A stretch of 64,000 bases of DNA from Bradymonadia bacterium (GTDB lineage: Bacteria; Myxococcota_A; Bradymonadia; UBA7976; UBA1532), in contig JBKAGE010000004.1 in assembly GCA_046290225.1 (NCBI GenBank), forward strand, positions 1 through 64,000, read 5' to 3'. A program made the translations under genes and the position numbers. A model generated the notes under the pieces. The model was not told where the DNA came from, ran no database searches, and saw nothing but the letters and a program-made list of their open reading frames with translations. How positions within the stretch are numbered: position 1 is the stretch's first letter; the number at the start of each line of letters is the position of its first letter. Shown one piece after another: positions 25,614-35,693 of this stretch.

Positions 25614-27293
25614 GTGTTCTCACCCCTACGGAGATCTCTGATGCCCTCGCTTCGACATGCCTCTCTCTGGGCGCTCTGCCTCGGCGCCGCCTGCATGCAC
25701 CAGGGCTGTGGTGGTGCGGCTCACAAGGCAGAATCACAGGACCCAGGTCTGAGTCCTTCGCTCTTGTCCGGTCGTCCGGCGCCTGCCTCTCAACCCCCGA
25801 AGACACCCTTTGATGGTGTGCAGGTGCTCAAGAAAGGGGTCGACGCCGACATGTTCTTTCGGCACTACGGCGTCAACCCCACCATCGAGACCTCCGCACA
25901 GCCCGTCTCCACCTTCTCCGTGGACGTCGACACAGCTTCATACAGCCTGACGCGGGCCTTCCTCGATCGCGGCGTGATGCCTCAGGAGGCCTCGGTGAGG
26001 GTGGAGGAGTTCGTCAACGCCCTCACGTACGACGATCCGCCTCCCCAGGGCCCGGAGCAGCCCTTTGCCGTGCACGGAGAGATCTTCCCCTCGCCGAACC
26101 GGACCGGCTACCACATCCTCCGCTTGGGTCTACGTGGCCGCGTCATTCACGAAGAAGATCGCAAGGCCGCAGATCTCGTCTTCGTCATCGACGTATCGGG
26201 ATCCATGAATCGGGACGACCGGCTCGGCCTGGTGAAGCGTTCATTGATGTACCTCGTGGACCACCTCGGGCCCGACGACACCGTCGCGGTGGTCACCTAC
26301 GGCGACGATGCACGTCTGGCGCTGCCGCCCACAGGTCTCGATCGACGCGATCACATCGTCCAGGCCATCAGCGCCCTGGCGCCTCAGGGCAGCACCCACG
26401 CCCAGGCGGGGCTCGAGGTGGGCTACAACATCGCCGCGCAGAATGTGCAGGCCGGTCGCATCAGCCGCGTGATTCTCTGCTCAGATGGGGTGGCCAACAG
26501 CGGTGTGGTGGATCCCGACGCGTTGTACGGGCGCATCCGCCACGCAGCAGAGGAGGGGGTCTGGCTCACCACGATGGGGGTGGGCATGGGCAACTACAAT
26601 GATGTGCTCATGGAGCGCCTCGCGCAGCTGGGCCAGGGGCGCTATCTGTACATCGATGGAGACGAGCAGGCGCGTCGGGCCTTTACCCACGCCCTCACCG
26701 GGAACCTTCAAGTCATCGCCAAAGATGTGAAGGTGCAGATGCAGTTCGACCCAGGGGTCGTGGCGCGGTATCGCCTGTTGGGCTACGAGAATCGGCTGAT
26801 GGCCGCGGAGGACTTCGCCAATGACCGGGTCGACGCTGGGGAGATCGGTGCCGGTCACCAGATGACCGCCCTGTACGAGCTGAAATTGACCGGCGCAGTC
26901 AAAGACCTGGGCCAGTTGAGGATTCGGCACAAGTCGCCTGAGGGTCATACCTCGCAGGAGATGCGCTTCTCGGTGGGCCCGCAGATGATCAAGCGTGATG
27001 TCGAGGCGGCTTCGCCCGCAGGGCGGCTCGCGTGGATCGCCGCGGGCTTCGCGGAGAAACTGCGCGGCGCCTACTGGGCCCGCAACCTGCAGTACGAGAG
27101 CCTGCAGATACAGCTGGGGCGATTGCCCGGGGACTGGCGTGAGCGTCGGGACGTGGTGGAGCTGGGCCGCCTGATCGAGCGCGCGCGCCAGCTCGATACC
27201 CGCGCTGATCGATTCGAAGGCGAGCGCCCTCTGGTTCAGATGGACTTCGATCATGTGCCCATCTTGAGCGACTCCGGCGGTGGGCGCTTCTGA
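25614..27293 (+). CDS. YfbK-like VWA-domain lipoprotein (DUF3520-type)
   Basis: STFSVDVDTASY, MIDAS DVSGSM, SDGVAN, YRLLGYENR, VDAGEIGAGH. Confidence 0.9.
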   Translation: MFSPLRRSLMPSLRHASLWALCLGAACMHQGCGGAAHKAESQDPGLSPSLLSGRPAPASQPPKTPFDGVQVLKKGVDADMFFRHYGVNPTIETSAQPVSTFSVDVDTASYSLTRAFLDRGVMPQEASVRVEEFVNALTYDDPPPQGPEQPFAVHGEIFPSPNRTGYHILRLGLRGRVIHEEDRKAADLVFVIDVSGSMNRDDRLGLVKRSLMYLVDHLGPDDTVAVVTYGDDARLALPPTGLDRRDHIVQAISALAPQGSTHAQAGLEVGYNIAAQNVQAGRISRVILCSDGVANSGVVDPDALYGRIRHAAEEGVWLTTMGVGMGNYNDVLMERLAQLGQGRYLYIDGDEQARRAFTHALTGNLQVIAKDVKVQMQFDPGVVARYRLLGYENRLMAAEDFANDRVDAGEIGAGHQMTALYELKLTGAVKDLGQLRIRHKSPEGHTSQEMRFSVGPQMIKRDVEAASPAGRLAWIAAGFAEKLRGAYWARNLQYESLQIQLGRLPGDWRERRDVVELGRLIERARQLDTRADRFEGERPLVQMDFDHVPILSDSGGGRF

Positions 27294-29169
27294 AGGGAGG
27301 GGCGGCCTGCCCCTCAAGTCGCCGTGGTTGCTGGCCCTCGTTGGCGGCCTCGGCGCCCTCATCTGGGGCCTCGCCACCCTCGAAGGCATCCTGGTGGACG
27401 AGCGTGATGAGGCCGAAGTGCAGCAAATCGCTCGGCAGAGGGCCCTCGAGCGACTCGCCGAGCAGCGCTTTGGTGGTGCCCTCAGGCGCAATGTCGAGAG
27501 CGCCCGTGGCGCTGTAGTGCGGGCCATGGAGGATCCTCTGGCGCCTACTGAAGGTCTGTTGGGCTTTGAAGGCGGTGCTCAAGTCGTCCCGCCCATCGCC
27601 CGGAGCCGCCCTGGAAACGACACCCCGGCGCTCGACGTCTTGAGTGCCCTCTCTGCCCGTCAGCCCATTGCCGCGGAGCCCGGCCCCTGGGCACATCGCC
27701 TGATGCTGTTCAGCGCATTCGCCGACACCCTCCAGGGCGACACGTCGGCGGCCATCGAGTCCGCTTTTCGGGCGCATCTAACCCATCAAGCGAACCATGT
27801 ACTCCGGCCTGATCGTGACCTGCCCGAGCAGATCGCCTTGCTTGAGCTGTTTCAGGGCAAAGGCGAGCCGGACCGCGGTCTGATGACGGCGCTCATGCGC
27901 ACGGGGTTGACCTCGGCGAAGGGCAGCGAGATCGAAGGTCTGCAGCGGCGTGTCATCAAGGCGCGTCCTCACCTCACCGCCGCGGACTTCGATGGCCTGG
28001 CGCGGGCTGTGGATCGCCTCAGCCGGGCCAGCGGTGTGCCCGTCTCCGACTTCAACGCTCGAGCAGCGCTGGTGCCACAGGTGTTCGCCGTCCCCCCTGA
28101 AGCGTCAGGCCTGCACATCGACAGCAGGGGTTGTTGGGGCACCCTCGGGGACGGGATGATGATCGTAGGTGCCCGAGTCGACGTGGGGGAAGTGCTCGAC
28201 GACACCCGCCGCGCCCTCGTCGGACAAGGCTTGCTGGAGTCCTCCGATATGCTCACTTTCGAAGGGCTCACCCTTGGGGAGAGGGTGTGTACCTCTACGC
28301 CCCCACAATCGCCCTATTTCGCCCTGTCCAGTATCACCCTCGCGCTCAGCGGACCCCAGTGGATCGCACAAGCGGAGCGGCGTACCCAGAGGTTCCAGCT
28401 CAAGACCATCCTGGTCGTGCTCAGCAGCTTGATGGGGGTGGCCATCGTGATCCTGGCGGTGAGCCTTCAGAGGCGTAGACAGCGGTATCTGGCATTGAAG
28501 TCAGATTTCGTCTCCACCGTGTCCCACGAGCTCAAGACCCCGTTGGCGAGCATGCGGCTCATCGCCGAGACTCTGGAGCGCAAGATCGGGGACACACCGC
28601 GCCTGGGTCGATACCCCCGGAGGTTGCTCAAGGACATCGACGGCCTCGATTTTCTCATCGAGAACATCTTGTCGTTCAACAGACTGGATCGCGGCCGCCT
28701 CGAGCCTCAGATCGGCAATGTCAGCGTGGGAGACCTGGTGCATGTGCTCCGTCAGGATCTGGAAGGCCGGTTCCCAGACAAGACCATCACAGTGAGCTGT
28801 GAAGGAGAAGTGGGGATCCGCTTGGAGGTCGATCCTGCGCTGATGCGCCTGCTCTTGATCAACCTGGGCAGCAACAGTTGTCAGTACAACACCCGCAGCG
28901 CCGTCGAGCTCGCTCTGGACGTCGAGGCAGGCGAAGAGGGGGTGATGATCCACTTCACCGACAATGGCGTGGGCATCTCACCCGAAGCTCAACAGCGTAT
29001 CTTCGAAGCCTTCGAGCGGGGCGCATCTGGTGCCAGTCGGCGAGGCAGTGGCTTGGGTCTTGCGATCTGTCGCCAAATCATGAAGGTCCATCGAGGAGAC
29101 ATCAGGGTGTCGCGCTCGGGCCCTGAGGGCACCACCTTCGAGTTGACGCTGCCGCGGCGAGCGAAGTGA
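27280..29169 (+). CDS. Membrane sensor histidine kinase
   Basis: Two TM helices; VSHELKTPL H-box, DNGVGI, GSGLGL. Confidence 0.92.
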   Translation: MGASEGRGGLPLKSPWLLALVGGLGALIWGLATLEGILVDERDEAEVQQIARQRALERLAEQRFGGALRRNVESARGAVVRAMEDPLAPTEGLLGFEGGAQVVPPIARSRPGNDTPALDVLSALSARQPIAAEPGPWAHRLMLFSAFADTLQGDTSAAIESAFRAHLTHQANHVLRPDRDLPEQIALLELFQGKGEPDRGLMTALMRTGLTSAKGSEIEGLQRRVIKARPHLTAADFDGLARAVDRLSRASGVPVSDFNARAALVPQVFAVPPEASGLHIDSRGCWGTLGDGMMIVGARVDVGEVLDDTRRALVGQGLLESSDMLTFEGLTLGERVCTSTPPQSPYFALSSITLALSGPQWIAQAERRTQRFQLKTILVVLSSLMGVAIVILAVSLQRRRQRYLALKSDFVSTVSHELKTPLASMRLIAETLERKIGDTPRLGRYPRRLLKDIDGLDFLIENILSFNRLDRGRLEPQIGNVSVGDLVHVLRQDLEGRFPDKTITVSCEGEVGIRLEVDPALMRLLLINLGSNSCQYNTRSAVELALDVEAGEEGVMIHFTDNGVGISPEAQQRIFEAFERGASGASRRGSGLGLAICRQIMKVHRGDIRVSRSGPEGTTFELTLPRRAK

Positions 29170-29191
29170 CGCAGCCTCGAAAGGAGACAGG

Positions 29192-29893
29192 ATGAGCCGA
29201 ACATTGCTGTTGGTGGAGGATGACGAGCACCTGCGTCTCACCCTCGCCGAGAACCTCGAGGACGAAGGCTACACCATCCATCTCGCGGAGACGGGTGAGG
29301 CTGCGACGGAGATCCTCGAACGCGAGTGCGTTCACCTCATCATCCTCGACATCATGCTCCCAGGCGTTGATGGCTACACCCTGTGCCAGCAGATCCGCGC
29401 CGCAGGCCACGAGATGCCGGTGTTGATGCTCACCGCCCGCACCTTGGAGGATGACATCGTGCGTGGGCTCGATGCTGGCGCCGACGACTACCTGGCCAAG
29501 CCGTATCGCCTACGAGAGCTGCTCGCTCGAGTCACGGCGCTGCTGCGTCGTGGGCAGCGCGCGCCCGCTGAGGTGCCAGCTGAGCGCCGAGAGCGTTTTG
29601 GGGCATACACCTTCGATCGCAAGGCCCACACCCTGACCCATGATGGGAGGGGAGAGATCGCCCTCACCCGCACTGAGTTCGACATGCTGGGCTTCATGCT
29701 CCAGCACGCAGGTGAGGCGCTGAGCAGGGACGACATCCTCGACGCGGTGTGGGGCGCCGACGTGGTCGTGGATCCACGGACCGTGGACAACTTCGTTTCG
29801 AATCTGAAGAAGAAGCTGCATTGGGCCCCAGGGTGCGGCTTTGCGCTGCTCACTGTCCGTGGAGTGGGCTATCGCATGGTCCTTGAGGGCTGA
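29192..29893 (+). CDS. OmpR-family response regulator
   Basis: LLVEDD, LDIMLP, GADDYLAKP, LTRTEF, TVRGVGY. Confidence 0.95.
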   Translation: MSRTLLLVEDDEHLRLTLAENLEDEGYTIHLAETGEAATEILERECVHLIILDIMLPGVDGYTLCQQIRAAGHEMPVLMLTARTLEDDIVRGLDAGADDYLAKPYRLRELLARVTALLRRGQRAPAEVPAERRERFGAYTFDRKAHTLTHDGRGEIALTRTEFDMLGFMLQHAGEALSRDDILDAVWGADVVVDPRTVDNFVSNLKKKLHWAPGCGFALLTVRGVGYRMVLEG

Positions 29894-30789
29894 GCGACGC
29901 CGAGGGCCAGGGCGGTGCACACCGTCTGAAAGTGCAGGTCCACGATGGTGTCCACCTCGGGCGCATATCCGCCGGCCATGACCGTCACCACAGGTACCCC
30001 CGCCTGCCAGAATCCTTCGAGCACGATACGGTCCCGGGCGAGCAGACCCGCCTTCGACAACGCGAGGCGGCCCAAGGCGTCGCCCACAAAGGGGTCCACC
30101 CCCGCGACGAAGATCGCGAGCTCTGGCCTGTGGTGCAGCGCCGCCGCCATGGCTGGCCGGAGCGCGGAGAGATAATCCTCGTCCGTGGTGCCGTCTGGCA
30201 AGTCGACGTCGAGATCGCTCTTCTGCTTTCGAAACGGGAAGTTGCGCGCCCCATGGAGTGAGATGGTCATCACCTCTGGATCATGGGCGAAGATGGCTGC
30301 GGTGCCGTTTCCCTGATGCACATCACAGTCCATCACCACGACCCGGCGCACATGCCCCTCGTCTTGAAGCGTGCGAATCGTCACCGCAGCGTCATTGAAC
30401 ACGCAATAGCCCTCGCCGTGGTCGAAGCCGGCGTGATGTGTGCCCCCGGCGAGGTTGACCGAGGCGCCGGATTTCAGCGCAGCCCGAGCGCCCGCCAGGG
30501 TGGCCCCCGTCGACCGGCGTGAGCGTTCGACCATTTCCTGAGACCACGGGAAGCCGATCCGCCTGACCTCCTGTCGGGTCAGCGTGCCATCAGCCACCCT
30601 GCGCACATAATCAGGATCATGGGCCAGTTGCAGTTGTGCGTCGGTGGCCGCCGGTGGCACCCGCAGCTTTGGCCGCGAGGGGAGCCGGCTCGAGATCAGG
30701 CGTTGCCGCAGTCGGGCGTACTTCTGCATGGGGAACCGATGGCCTTCGGGCAGCGGCAACACGAAGTGATCACAAAAGTAGATGTCCAT
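29869..30789 (-). CDS. Histone deacetylase family (Zn-dependent deacylase)
   Basis: GHRFPMQKY, AGGTHHA, GYCVFND, DCDVHQGNG, GGY. Confidence 0.93.
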   Translation of the reverse strand: MDIYFCDHFVLPLPEGHRFPMQKYARLRQRLISSRLPSRPKLRVPPAATDAQLQLAHDPDYVRRVADGTLTRQEVRRIGFPWSQEMVERSRRSTGATLAGARAALKSGASVNLAGGTHHAGFDHGEGYCVFNDAAVTIRTLQDEGHVRRVVVMDCDVHQGNGTAAIFAHDPEVMTISLHGARNFPFRKQKSDLDVDLPDGTTDEDYLSALRPAMAAALHHRPELAIFVAGVDPFVGDALGRLALSKAGLLARDRIVLEGFWQAGVPVVTVMAGGYAPEVDTIVDLHFQTVCTALALGVAQPSRTMR

Positions 30790-31010
30790 CGCTGCTCATG
30801 ATGCCCACCGAGCAGGGGCTGTCGCTGTAAATCTTCACAGGAAAGACCGCTTCAAGGGCGCGCTCCCCCAGATTTGAGGGGTGGGGTCGATGTGACCCAC
30901 CAGGGTTGGGGTCACAGGACCGAAAATCCATAACTCACTGAAATCGTATGTGAGAAAATGGGGCGCCTGGGGGCTCCTGACCCCAACTCGGAGAGCGCTA
31001 CGCTGTTCGG

Positions 31011-31040
31011 TTGACAAAAATTCCCACAAAAACTTACTTT
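31011..31040 (+). promoter_or_regulatory. Candidate sigma70 promoter for the fibre locus
   Basis: TTGACA-N18-TACTTT in an AT-rich intergenic region. Confidence 0.5.
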
Positions 31041-31130
31041 GTCACCCGGAGACGGAGGGATCTGTGTAGGCAGATCCTGCCTTTTGAAATCAGGTACTTT
31101 CCTTTCATCCTGCCCACTGGAGGAGCCGGC

Positions 31131-32123
31131 ATGTTCAATGCTCGGGGTTCACGGCGATCATCGAGATCCAAGCTGTGGACACATGCCTCGTCCATTCTCG
31201 TCGTCACGGCCGCATCGTTCTTGATGAGCGGCTGTCTCGAGGATGACGCGATCGACATCACCAACACCGATGCGGCGACGCCCACCGGTGGCAACGGTGG
31301 CGCAGGCGGAGGCGGCGGCGGTGCCGACCTCGGCGTCATGCGCCCGCCGGACGCAGAGCCCCCACCGCCGGAGTACAACGACGTCGGTGAGTCCTGTGCC
31401 ACCAACGACGAGTGCGACAGCGGGTTGTGCATCGAGCAGCCTGGCAGCAACGCCCGGTACTGCAGCCGGCCATGTGTCGAGGGCGCCAACGTGTGTCCCA
31501 CCGACTGGACCTGCGAGGCACCCCCGGCGGACTCGGGCATCACCGAAGAGGGCATCTGCTGGCCTCCGGCCACCCGTGGCCTCTGTGAGTCCTGCGAGAA
31601 CAACAGCGACTGCGGCGATGCCGACGATCTCTGTCTGCCCCTCAACGGCGACGAGAACGATATGCGGTGCGCCCGGGCCTGCGTCGAGGATCGCGCTTGT
31701 CCCCCTGGGTACAGCTGCCTCGACCCCAACGGCGACGGCAACCGTCAGTGCATCCCCACCGAGGGCATCTGCCCACCGGTGATCGATCAAGACGGTGACG
31801 GCGTCGAAGACGGGGACGACAACTGCCCCGAGATCTCCAACGCCCAGCAGCTCGACGGCGATGGCGATGGCCTCGGCGACGACTGTGACAACTGTCCCCG
31901 AGTCCCGAACCCGGACCAGCTCGACAGCGACAACGACGGCTTCGGCGACGCCTGCCCGCCGCCGGTCCCTGTCCTCGGCCCCGGCCAGTTCACCAGCGGC
32001 GCGAGCGTTTCGTCGTCGCCGGGGTACTCCATCCGCAGTGTCCTCGGGCCCCAGAGCCCCCCTGAGGTCATGCGCAGCAGCAGCTACCGCGTCTCCCCCA
32101 TCAAGATCGGGGGTGGCCAGTGA
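31131..32123 (+). CDS. Cys-rich lipoprotein with thrombospondin type-3 repeats and a Gly/Ser-rich beta-strand tail
   Basis: GGAG then ATG 31131; lipobox [22 protein letters not shown] repeats; tail [22 protein letters not shown]. Confidence 0.8.
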   Translation: MFNARGSRRSSRSKLWTHASSILVVTAASFLMSGCLEDDAIDITNTDAATPTGGNGGAGGGGGGADLGVMRPPDAEPPPPEYNDVGESCATNDECDSGLCIEQPGSNARYCSRPCVEGANVCPTDWTCEAPPADSGITEEGICWPPATRGLCESCENNSDCGDADDLCLPLNGDENDMRCARACVEDRACPPGYSCLDPNGDGNRQCIPTEGICPPVIDQDGDGVEDGDDNCPEISNAQQLDGDGDGLGDDCDNCPRVPNPDQLDSDNDGFGDACPPPVPVLGPGQFTSGASVSSSPGYSIRSVLGPQSPPEVMRSSSYRVSPIKIGGGQ

Positions 32124-34072
32124 AAACCAAGAACACACACAACACCATCACCACCGAGCAGATGAATTCTGGAGGCAACCTCAACATGCGTATCCGTAAC
32201 CCCCTGTCGTTCCGACGTCTGGCGGGCTCCGCGGTGGCGGGCGCCGCGGTCCTGGTCTGCGGCGTGTCCGCTGCTCAGGCCCAGCAGGTGCCTTCGGTCC
32301 TCCCGTACACCGGCTACATCGCCAACAGTGACGGCGCCGCGCTCAACGAGTCGGTCGATCTGACCTTCCGTCTCTACTCCAGCCCCAACAGCGACACCCC
32401 CGTCTGGTCGGAGTCTGTCGAGAACGTGGTGGTGGACGACGGTGTCTTCTACATCTACCTCGGCATGAACAGCCCCCTGGCGAACTACTTCCTCGACGGC
32501 AGCACCCGCTACCTCGGTGTCGAGGTGAACGGCGACGGCGAGGCCGAGCCTCGTCAGGAGATCGGCAGCGTGCCCTACGCCATGCTCGCCGGTGACGCTC
32601 TCCGCCTCGGCGGCTACCCCGCCGAGAGCTTCCTCACCGAGGAAGACGTGACGGTGATCCTCGAGAGCGACAACTACATCACCCAGACCTCCCTCGAGCA
32701 GTACCTGGAAGACCAGGAGTTCGTGACGGTGGTGAACATCGAGCAGGTGCTCGAGGGTGACTACGTGACGGTCGAGGAGCTCAACGAGGCCATCGCCGGT
32801 GCTGCGGTGAACGTGGAGCAGGTGACCAACATCATCAACCAGGAGCTCGGCGAGCGCGGCTACATCTCGGAAGCCCGCCTCAACGAGATCCTCACCGAGC
32901 GCGGCTACCAGACCGCTGCTCAGGTGAACGCCCTCATCGACGCCCGTGGCTACCAGACCGCGAACCAGGTGAACCAGCTCATCGACGCCCGCGGTTACGT
33001 GACCGAGGCGCGGGTGAACAACATCATCGACAACCGCGGCTACGTGACCCTGAACCAGGTGAACCAGGCCATCGACGCACGCGGCTACGTCAACACCGAT
33101 GCGGTGAACCAGCTCATCGACGCCCGCGGCTACGTGACCCTGGCCCAGGTGAACCAGGCCATCGACGCCCGCAACTACATCTCCCAGAACACGCTGAACC
33201 AGACCCTGAACAACTACGTGACGGTGAACCAGCTCAACAACGCCGAGGCCACCATCGAGGCCAACGTGCTGGCCACCCTGCAGGCGGCCATCGAGGACAA
33301 CGTCGGCGAGCTGGTGGACGCCGCTGTGGCGAACGCCGTGGCCGATTCGGTGGATCAGCTGGTGGCGGACGCCATCGCTGCTCAGGTGGGCCAGATTCAG
33401 GCAGACATCGCGCAGAACGCTGGCGCCATCGCGAACAACGCGAACGCCATCGCGCAGAACGCCAACAACATCGCGAACAACGCGAATGGCATTGGCAACA
33501 ACGCCGGCAACATCAACGCGAACTTCGATTTGATCGCCGACAACGAGGCGTCGATCAACGCGTTGCAGGCTCAGGTGGCTGATCTGACCAACCGCCTGAC
33601 CAACATCGAAAACAACGGCGCTGGTGCAGCCGCTGAGCCCACGATTCTCGGTGTGTCGCAGTCAAGTTCCAGCGGTAAGATCACCTACGGGGGCCGCGCC
33701 GGCCTTGCTGCTGGTCGCCAGATGTGCATCGACACCTTCGGTGCAGGTGCCCACATGTGCAGCAGCCACGAGGTCTCCCTCGCCGTTGCTGCAGGCAACA
33801 TCAACTTCAATAATGGTCAGGCCGGTGACGGGCAGCAGACCTGGACCGTTGCTGGTGCCAGCCTGCAGGCCAACAATCAGGGTAACAATGGTTTGGGCAA
33901 CACATGCCAGAACCTACTCTACAACAGTGGTGATGTTGCCGTGGGCACCACCTTGGAGATTGATCGCAACTACACCAGCAATGGTGGTGGCGGCAATGCG
34001 ACCTCCGACGTCTTTAAGCTGCGTCGCTCGATTCCGTGTAACACACCTCTCCCCGTGCTCTGCTGCCGCTGA
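32120..34072 (+). CDS. Secreted trimeric fibre/adhesin: N-terminal beta-sandwich, repeat stalk, Cys-rich lectin-like tip
   Basis: Signal peptide ending [36 protein letters not shown]; 15-aa and heptad repeats; tip MC...AHMC...CQN...[11 protein letters not shown]. Confidence 0.75.
   Translation: MKTKNTHNTITTEQMNSGGNLNMRIRNPLSFRRLAGSAVAGAAVLVCGVSAAQAQQVPSVLPYTGYIANSDGAALNESVDLTFRLYSSPNSDTPVWSESVENVVVDDGVFYIYLGMNSPLANYFLDGSTRYLGVEVNGDGEAEPRQEIGSVPYAMLAGDALRLGGYPAESFLTEEDVTVILESDNYITQTSLEQYLEDQEFVTVVNIEQVLEGDYVTVEELNEAIAGAAVNVEQVTNIINQELGERGYISEARLNEILTERGYQTAAQVNALIDARGYQTANQVNQLIDARGYVTEARVNNIIDNRGYVTLNQVNQAIDARGYVNTDAVNQLIDARGYVTLAQVNQAIDARNYISQNTLNQTLNNYVTVNQLNNAEATIEANVLATLQAAIEDNVGELVDAAVANAVADSVDQLVADAIAAQVGQIQADIAQNAGAIANNANAIAQNANNIANNANGIGNNAGNINANFDLIADNEASINALQAQVADLTNRLTNIENNGAGAAAEPTILGVSQSSSSGKITYGGRAGLAAGRQMCIDTFGAGAHMCSSHEVSLAVAAGNINFNNGQAGDGQQTWTVAGASLQANNQGNNGLGNTCQNLLYNSGDVAVGTTLEIDRNYTSNGGGGNATSDVFKLRRSIPCNTPLPVLCCR
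32855..33214 (+). repeat. Eight 45-bp coding repeats (consensus RGYVTxxQVNQxIDA)
   Basis: Read directly from the DNA and the translation. Confidence 0.9.
33407..33616 (+). repeat. Heptad repeats with Ile at a and Asn at d ([14 protein letters not shown] ...)
   Basis: Ten heptads, seven with Asn at d, a pattern typical of trimeric coiled coils. Confidence 0.85.
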
Positions 34073-34172
34073 GTTTAATCCAACTCGGGGCAACCCCTTT
34101 CCCTTCCAAGACATCATCCTTGCTGTGAGCAAGAGATAACCCCATCCATACCCCTCTGATAGTGTTGTCTTC

Positions 34173-35693
34173 ATGAAGATGATCCGCACGGTACAGATCT
34201 CCCTCCTCACGTGCAGCCTCTTCGCGGGTAGTGCCGCAGGTGATGGGCCATCTGAGGCAGAAGTTCTTGAGACACTCCACGAAGCCATCGAACTCTACCA
34301 ACGTAGTCGTTTTGGTGCCCTGGTTGTTGCGACTGATCCCTTTGAGAGGTTCGAGAATCTAGTAGGGGTCCCACCGATGCTCTACTGGTCAGAGAACGAG
34401 ATGTTCGATGTCATCTTTAATGTGGGCGATGAGGCATTCGAAGCGGAGTTGGATCGTGTGGGAGGTGCTGGGCAAGGTCCTCCTAGACCTGGAGAGTTGC
34501 CTGCATTTGTTCAGAGAGTCCACGACGGAGAGAGGGGTGGGTATGACTCCTCATCTTGTCGATCTTGTCACTTCTCGGGTGGTGCCGATGGGGGAGGGAC
34601 TCTTACTCAAGTGGGCTTGTTTCGCGGTGATGGTCAATTCCTTTCCAGTGCGATCCTAAGAGACGCACCCCATGTAATGGGACTTGGTTACATTGAGTTA
34701 TTGGCCCAAGAGATCAATCTTCAATTGAGGGATTATCGAGACTTCACCATCGCTGCAGCACAGGCTGAAGGGGGCCCCTACACTATTCCTGTCCGAATCA
34801 AGGGAATGGAGATGGGGGTTCTGACAGCGACACCTGATGGTGAGGTGGATACTTCAGGGCTTCCTGGTGTGTCTTCTGATCTGGTGATCCGCCCATTTGG
34901 CCACAAGGGTCGACACGCTAAATTGACTGAGCTGGCTGATGAGGCATTTCAGATACATCATGGGTTGCAAACAGAATCTCGTATCGAACGCCATCGTGAG
35001 GAGGCAGAAGTACACCTGGGTGATGGGGAGATTCAGTTCGATCCGGATGGGGACGGGGTGAGCTGGGAAGGCTCTGAGGCCCAAGCCGTCTTGATGGCGA
35101 CTTATATGAGCCTTCTTGGAACACCCATCATCCGCCCACCTCAGAATCCAGAGCTCTTGTTGATCTGGGCGGAGGGACGAGCTCTCTTTGAGGATGTGGG
35201 CTGTGAGTCGTGCCATCGAGCCGATTTGAGGATCGAAAGCTACGATGCCTTCCTCCAACCGACTGTGCCCTCCGACTGGTTCTTGCAGTTCAGCTTGTTG
35301 GAGCATGGCGAGGATCCTAAACCCAGAGATCTCGACTTTGCCCCCGATGAGAATGGCCAAATCGTCAATGGAGCCCCTCTCTTCGCATTCACTGATCTCC
35401 AAAGGCACGATATGGGCCCCGCCCTCGCAGATGCTGTACCTGAGGTGTTGCCGTTGGGCGGCGGAGAGGTGGCACCGAACATGTGGCTGACACGCTCTCT
35501 CTGGGGCCTCGCTGACACTGCCCCCTATCTTCATGATGGACGGGCGCCAACCGTTCATGACGCAATCCTCTGGCATGGTGGTGAAGCGGAAGCATCATCC
35601 ACTGCATATCTCGAACTCTCTGAAGAAGAGCAGGGTGCCTTGAGAGTGTTCTTGATGTCCCTGACCCGCGAGCCCAACTTGTTGGTGGAATGA
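34173..35693 (+). CDS. Di-heme oxidoreductase-family (DHOR/DUF1111-like) cytochrome c
   Basis: Signal peptide; [51 protein letters not shown]. Confidence 0.85.
   Translation: MKMIRTVQISLLTCSLFAGSAAGDGPSEAEVLETLHEAIELYQRSRFGALVVATDPFERFENLVGVPPMLYWSENEMFDVIFNVGDEAFEAELDRVGGAGQGPPRPGELPAFVQRVHDGERGGYDSSSCRSCHFSGGADGGGTLTQVGLFRGDGQFLSSAILRDAPHVMGLGYIELLAQEINLQLRDYRDFTIAAAQAEGGPYTIPVRIKGMEMGVLTATPDGEVDTSGLPGVSSDLVIRPFGHKGRHAKLTELADEAFQIHHGLQTESRIERHREEAEVHLGDGEIQFDPDGDGVSWEGSEAQAVLMATYMSLLGTPIIRPPQNPELLLIWAEGRALFEDVGCESCHRADLRIESYDAFLQPTVPSDWFLQFSLLEHGEDPKPRDLDFAPDENGQIVNGAPLFAFTDLQRHDMGPALADAVPEVLPLGGGEVAPNMWLTRSLWGLADTAPYLHDGRAPTVHDAILWHGGEAEASSTAYLELSEEEQGALRVFLMSLTREPNLLVE

Noticed and set aside
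31011..31130. ORF-track N-terminal extension starting at TTG 31011
   Set aside because: The TTG is part of a TTGACA -35 box; an SD-preceded ATG at 31131 gives a better lipoprotein start
33800..34072. Diversity-generating retroelement target in the lectin-like fibre tip
   Set aside because: No template repeat copy or reverse transcriptase was seen in the window; one acting in trans cannot be excluded
32120..34072. Prophage tail fibre
   Set aside because: It has a Sec-type signal peptide and there are no neighbouring phage genes
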